Assembly (NCBI GenBank): GCA_044222475.1
Contig: JBGANF010000096.1
Coordinates: 1-32,174, forward strand
Source of the DNA: Polyangiaceae bacterium
GTDB taxonomy: Bacteria; Myxococcota_A; Polyangia; Polyangiales; Polyangiaceae
Direction: 5' to 3'
DNA: 32,174 bases
Shown here: positions 28,476 through 32,174 of the stretch, piece by piece
Position numbering within the stretch: the stretch's first letter is position 1
Layout of the letters: every line of letters begins with the position of its first letter
Translations under genes and position numbers: made by a program
The notes under the pieces: model-generated
What the model was told of the DNA's origin: nothing
The model's database searches: none
What the model saw: only the letters and a program-made list of their open reading frames with translations

Positions 28476-30788
28476 GTGGTCTTCGTCGCGCTCCTGTTCT
28501 CTCTGGCCGCGGGGGCGATCGTGCCCTCGGCGCCGGTCGTGGTGGTGGTCGCGGCGCTCGGCTGCCTCGTGTTCGTCAGGCGCCGCGCGGGGGTCGCCGT
28601 CGCCGTCGCGATCGGGTTGACGATCGGAGCGTGGCGAGCGCGGGCAGCCGAGGACGATGCGCGAGCGGCTCGGGTCGCAGCCGATGCGGCGCTACCTCGG
28701 ATCGCCCGGTGCGCGGGCGACGCCGTCGTCACGAGCTCTCCGGTGCGGAGGCACGGCGCGTTGCAGTGGACCGGCGATGCGCGCCACGTCGACTGTGGGT
28801 CGGGCGAGGACGCCACGGTGCGCGTGAGCGTGTTCGGCGGTCCGGACGATCTCGCACGCGGAGACGCCGTGCACTTCGTCGCCGATCTGGCGCCCCCGGA
28901 GCGGTTCGCCGATGCGGAGCTCGGCGACCCGGAGGCGAGAGCCGCGCACCATCCGGTGCAGCGAACGGGTGGCGCGTCGTGGGTGGAGCGGTCGCATCGC
29001 GGACGGTCGATCGGGGCACTCGTGGATCGCGCGCGAGCTCACGTGCGAGCGCACATCGACGCGACGTATGGCGCCGAGGTCGGACCGATGGCGCGTGCGC
29101 TCGTGATCGGCGAGTCCGATCTCGATCCTGCCGACGACGCGGCGTTTCGCGCGAGCGGGCTCTCGCACTTGCTCGCGGTGTCGGGCATGCACCTCGTGCT
29201 CGTCGTGTTCGGCGCGGTGAAGCTGCTCCGCGCGATCCTCGCGCGGACGCCTCTCGCGCGGCGGTGGGACGTGGGTCGACTTGCGGCGATGATCGGCGTG
29301 CCGCTCACCTGGCTCTACGCGGACTTCTCGGGCGGCAGCGGCTCGGCGGTACGCGCGGCGTGGATGCTGACGGTGCACTTGGTGCTTCGCGCGCTGGGTC
29401 GCCAGCGCGACGGTTGGCGCGCGCTCGCGATCTCGGTGGGCGCGTTCGCGATCGTCGACCCGCTCGCGGCGTACGATCCGTCGTTCGTACTCTCCGCCGC
29501 GGCGACGTTCGGGTTGCTTGCGCTCGCCGAGCCCTTCGAGCAAGCGCTGGCGAAGGTCGGGTTCCTCCCTCGGTTCGTCGTGCAGTCGCTGGCGACGACC
29601 GGCGCGGCGACGGTGGCGTGCGCGCCGATCATCGCGCGAATGTCGGGGTCGGTCGCCGTCGTCGGGTTGATCGCGAACCTCGTCGCCGTCCCAGTCGGCG
29701 AAGCGGCGGCGCTCCCGATCTGCCTCGTGCACGCGGTGCTTTCGCCGGCTCCGGCGGCAGAGGCGGGGGCGGCCGCGGTCGCGAGCGGCGCGTTGGCGAT
29801 CACTCGCGGCATCGCGCGCGGCGCGGCGCGGGCTCCCGTGCTCCCCGTGCCACCGCCGACCGACGGCGAGCTCGCGGTGTTCGCGGTCGTCGCGTTCGGG
29901 CTCGCGACGCGGCGGCTTCGGCTGCCCGGTGGGCTCACGGCGGTGGCGGCGTTGCTCTTGCTGGAGCTGCGCACGCAGACCGCGGCGAAACCGAAGGGGG
30001 CGCTCCGCGCCACGTTCCTCGACGTGGGCCAGGGCGATTCGGCGATCGTGGACGTCCCCGATGGAAGCGCGATCCTGATCGACGGCGGCGGGATCGTCGG
30101 CAGCCCGGTAGACGTCGGTGACCGCATCGTGGGTCCGATGCTTCGCGTGCGGCGGCGCGGAGAGCTGCGCGCGGTGGTCCTGTCGCATCCGCACCCCGAT
30201 CACTACGGCGGGCTCCCCGCGGGGCTTCGCGGGGTGCGGGTCGGAGAGCTGTGGGACACCGGTCAGGGCGAGCGCGAGGGCACGGCAGGCGCGTACGCGA
30301 CGATGCTGTCCCAAATTGGTACATCGACTCGCCGACCGGATTCCCTATGTGGCACCCATCTGATCGGCGGCGCGTTCGTCGACGTCCTCGCGCCCTGCCC
30401 GGGGCCGGATCCGGGTCGAGGACCGAACGACAACTCGTTCGTGATCCGGTTCCGGCTCGGCCGGCGGGCGTTCCTGTTCGTGGGGGACACCGAGCGCGAG
30501 TCGGAAGCTGACCTCGTGGCCACGCACCCGAGCGAGCTCCGAGCCGACGTGCTCAAGGTCGGTCACCACGGTTCCCGTACGTCGTCTTCGCCGGCGTTTC
30601 TCGACGCGGTCGCGCCGAGCGTCGCGGTGATCTCGTGCGGCGTCCGGAATCGGTTCGGACATCCCCACGCCGTGACCCTCGATCACCTCGGGGAGCGGAG
30701 CATCCGAACGCTCCGCACCGATCGCGACGGCTCGGTCGTGATCGAGACCGACGGCGAATCGCTCGCCGTCGGCACCGCCGTCCGTTGA
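28476..30788 (+). CDS. comEC: DNA internalization competence protein ComEC/Rec2
   Basis: [43 protein letters not shown]. Start uncertain. Confidence 0.95.
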   Translation: MVFVALLFSLAAGAIVPSAPVVVVVAALGCLVFVRRRAGVAVAVAIGLTIGAWRARAAEDDARAARVAADAALPRIARCAGDAVVTSSPVRRHGALQWTGDARHVDCGSGEDATVRVSVFGGPDDLARGDAVHFVADLAPPERFADAELGDPEARAAHHPVQRTGGASWVERSHRGRSIGALVDRARAHVRAHIDATYGAEVGPMARALVIGESDLDPADDAAFRASGLSHLLAVSGMHLVLVVFGAVKLLRAILARTPLARRWDVGRLAAMIGVPLTWLYADFSGGSGSAVRAAWMLTVHLVLRALGRQRDGWRALAISVGAFAIVDPLAAYDPSFVLSAAATFGLLALAEPFEQALAKVGFLPRFVVQSLATTGAATVACAPIIARMSGSVAVVGLIANLVAVPVGEAAALPICLVHAVLSPAPAAEAGAAAVASGALAITRGIARGAARAPVLPVPPPTDGELAVFAVVAFGLATRRLRLPGGLTAVAALLLLELRTQTAAKPKGALRATFLDVGQGDSAIVDVPDGSAILIDGGGIVGSPVDVGDRIVGPMLRVRRRGELRAVVLSHPHPDHYGGLPAGLRGVRVGELWDTGQGEREGTAGAYATMLSQIGTSTRRPDSLCGTHLIGGAFVDVLAPCPGPDPGRGPNDNSFVIRFRLGRRAFLFVGDTERESEADLVATHPSELRADVLKVGHHGSRTSSSPAFLDAVAPSVAVISCGVRNRFGHPHAVTLDHLGERSIRTLRTDRDGSVVIETDGESLAVGTAVR

Positions 30789-30822
30789 CGCGGGCCCCCT
30801 TCCCCTTCTACACACGGGCCCC

Positions 30823-31347
30823 ATGACGGAGCGAATCGCCACGATGATTTCGCGGGAGCAGATCGCCGCCCGCGTGACCGAGCTGGGCGCGCAGATCACC
30901 AAGGAGTACCAGGGGAAATCCCTGGTGCTGGTGTGCGTGCTCAAGGGAAGCTTCGTCTTCGCCGCCGACCTGGCGCGCGCCATCGACCTACCCTTGCGCA
31001 TCGATTTCCTGGGCGTCCGCTCGTACGGCGAAGGCACCGAGACGAGCGGCGTCGTGCAGATCACCCAAGACCTCTCGAAGCCCATCGCCGACGAAGAGGT
31101 CCTCATCGTCGAGGACATCGTCGACACCGGGCTGACGATCGCGCACCTGATCGACCTCTTCCGCACGCGGCAGCCGCGGAGCGTGAAGGTGTGCGCGCTG
31201 CTCCACAAGCCGGCGCGCGCTCGCGTCGAGGTCAAGGTCGACTTCCTCGGCTTCACCATCGAGGACAAGTTCGTCGTCGGCTACGGCCTCGACTTCGGCG
31301 AGCGGTACCGCAACCTCCCGTTCATCGGCGTGGTCGAGCGGAACTGA
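30823..31347 (+). CDS. hpt: Hypoxanthine phosphoribosyltransferase
   Basis: [34 protein letters not shown]. Confidence 0.97.
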   Translation: MTERIATMISREQIAARVTELGAQITKEYQGKSLVLVCVLKGSFVFAADLARAIDLPLRIDFLGVRSYGEGTETSGVVQITQDLSKPIADEEVLIVEDIVDTGLTIAHLIDLFRTRQPRSVKVCALLHKPARARVEVKVDFLGFTIEDKFVVGYGLDFGERYRNLPFIGVVERN

Positions 31348-31349
31348 CC

Positions 31350-31522
31350 GTGAACAAGCGCCTCGCGTACCTCGAGAAGATCACGAGCGAGGGGTCGAAG
31401 GAAAGATGGGCCGGATCGACGACGCCAAGGCGTGGCTCGAAGCGGGGATCGCCGCGGCGAAGAAGAAGGGCGACTCGCACGCCCTGTCCGAGCTCGAAGC
31501 CGCGCACGCCGCGCTCGCGTGA
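31350..31522 (+). pseudogene. Small TPR-like protein with internal deletion/frameshift
   Basis: VNKRLAYLEKITSEGSK in one frame joins near 31403 to MGRIDDAKAWLEAGIAAAKKKGDSHALSELEAAHAALA* in another frame. Confidence 0.65.
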
Positions 31523-31565
31523 GTTAGGTTGCAGCCAACCGATGAGACTCGCTAACCTTTGGCGC

Positions 31566-31790
31566 ATGCGTACCACTCTCGCTCTCGCCTTCGGTCTCGC
31601 CCTCGTGCTCGGCTCCACCGCTGCCTGCAAGAACAAGGACTACGAGAAGTGCCTGAAGGACGCCGACGACTACGAGAAGCAGAAGGTCGAGTGCCTCGCG
31701 ATGACGGACAAGGCGCAGCAGGAAGCCTGCACGAGCAAGAACGAGGTTCACAAGATCAGCCGCGCGGACTGCGAGGCCAGCTACAAGTAG
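31566..31790 (+). CDS. Small helical Cys-rich lipoprotein
   Basis: Signal ending TAAC plus four further Cys; TAACCT 7 nt upstream of the ATG. Confidence 0.75.
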   Translation: MRTTLALAFGLALVLGSTAACKNKDYEKCLKDADDYEKQKVECLAMTDKAQQEACTSKNEVHKISRADCEASYK

Positions 31791-32174
31791 CTACTTCGGT
31801 TTTCGTCGCTCGCGCAGCATCGCGATTCGAGCGCCCATCCGCTGCTCGTCGCCTCGGTCGGTCGGCTCGTAGTAGACGTCGTCCGCGATCTCGTCGGGGA
31901 GATAGGTCTCTCCCGGGACCACTCCGCCTTGGTGATCATGGGCGTACTGGTAGCCCTTGCCGTAGCCGTCTTCCTTCATCAGCTTCGTGGGCGCGTTGCG
32001 CAGCTTCTTCGGTACGGGCAGCGCTCCCTTGGCCTGGATCACCTCGCGCGCGCGGTGCCAAGCCACGTTGACCGCGTTCGATTTCGGCGCGCAGGCAAGG
32101 TAGATCGCCGCGTGCGCGAGCGGGTAGATCCCCTCGGGCATGCCGAGGCGCCGATACGCTTCGTCCGCTGCGGT
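31791..32174 (-). CDS. rarA: Replication-associated recombination protein A, C-terminal part (5' end outside window)
   Basis: GMPEG..LAHA.IYLA.APKSNA, VP..LRNAPT.LMK..GYGKGYQYAHD. Confidence 0.95.
   Translation of the reverse strand, partial: TAADEAYRRLGMPEGIYPLAHAAIYLACAPKSNAVNVAWHRAREVIQAKGALPVPKKLRNAPTKLMKEDGYGKGYQYAHDHQGGVVPGETYLPDEIADDVYYEPTDRGDEQRMGARIAMLRERRKPK

Noticed and set aside
31785..31796. Palindrome AAGTAGCTACTT
   Set aside because: Explained by two abutting convergent genes both ending Lys-TAG; not a terminator.

Overview
GC-rich bacterial window, most consistent with Myxococcota (Polyangiales-like lipoproteins and ferritin-like proteins); the taxonomy is inferred from gene style. 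Housekeeping genes: serA-like (partial), frmA, dnaK, pcnB, yyaL-like, comEC, hpt and rarA (partial). It also holds a pilin-only Tad/Flp island, an ECF sigma/FecR-like pair and two tandem membrane spermidine-synthase-like genes. The main candidate novel system is at 1250-4813 on the minus strand. Four tandem paralogous small lipoproteins share the leader MAKRRPRLVPK[IV]VF..GC and together carry 14 copies of a V-[AG]-x-x-[GAS]-[YF] motif. The last paralogue overlaps a cytoplasmic ferritin-like diiron gene (GTGA), which in turn overlaps frmA (GTGA). This resembles a multi-core, lipid-anchored RiPP-like precursor array with its modifying oxidase. Other oddities: two Flp pilins with identical mature peptides but 20 synonymous codon differences, a signal-peptidase-I homologue lacking the catalytic Lys, an exported DUF2252-like kinase, and two apparent internal deletions. 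All calls come from reading the sequence; no database searches were run.
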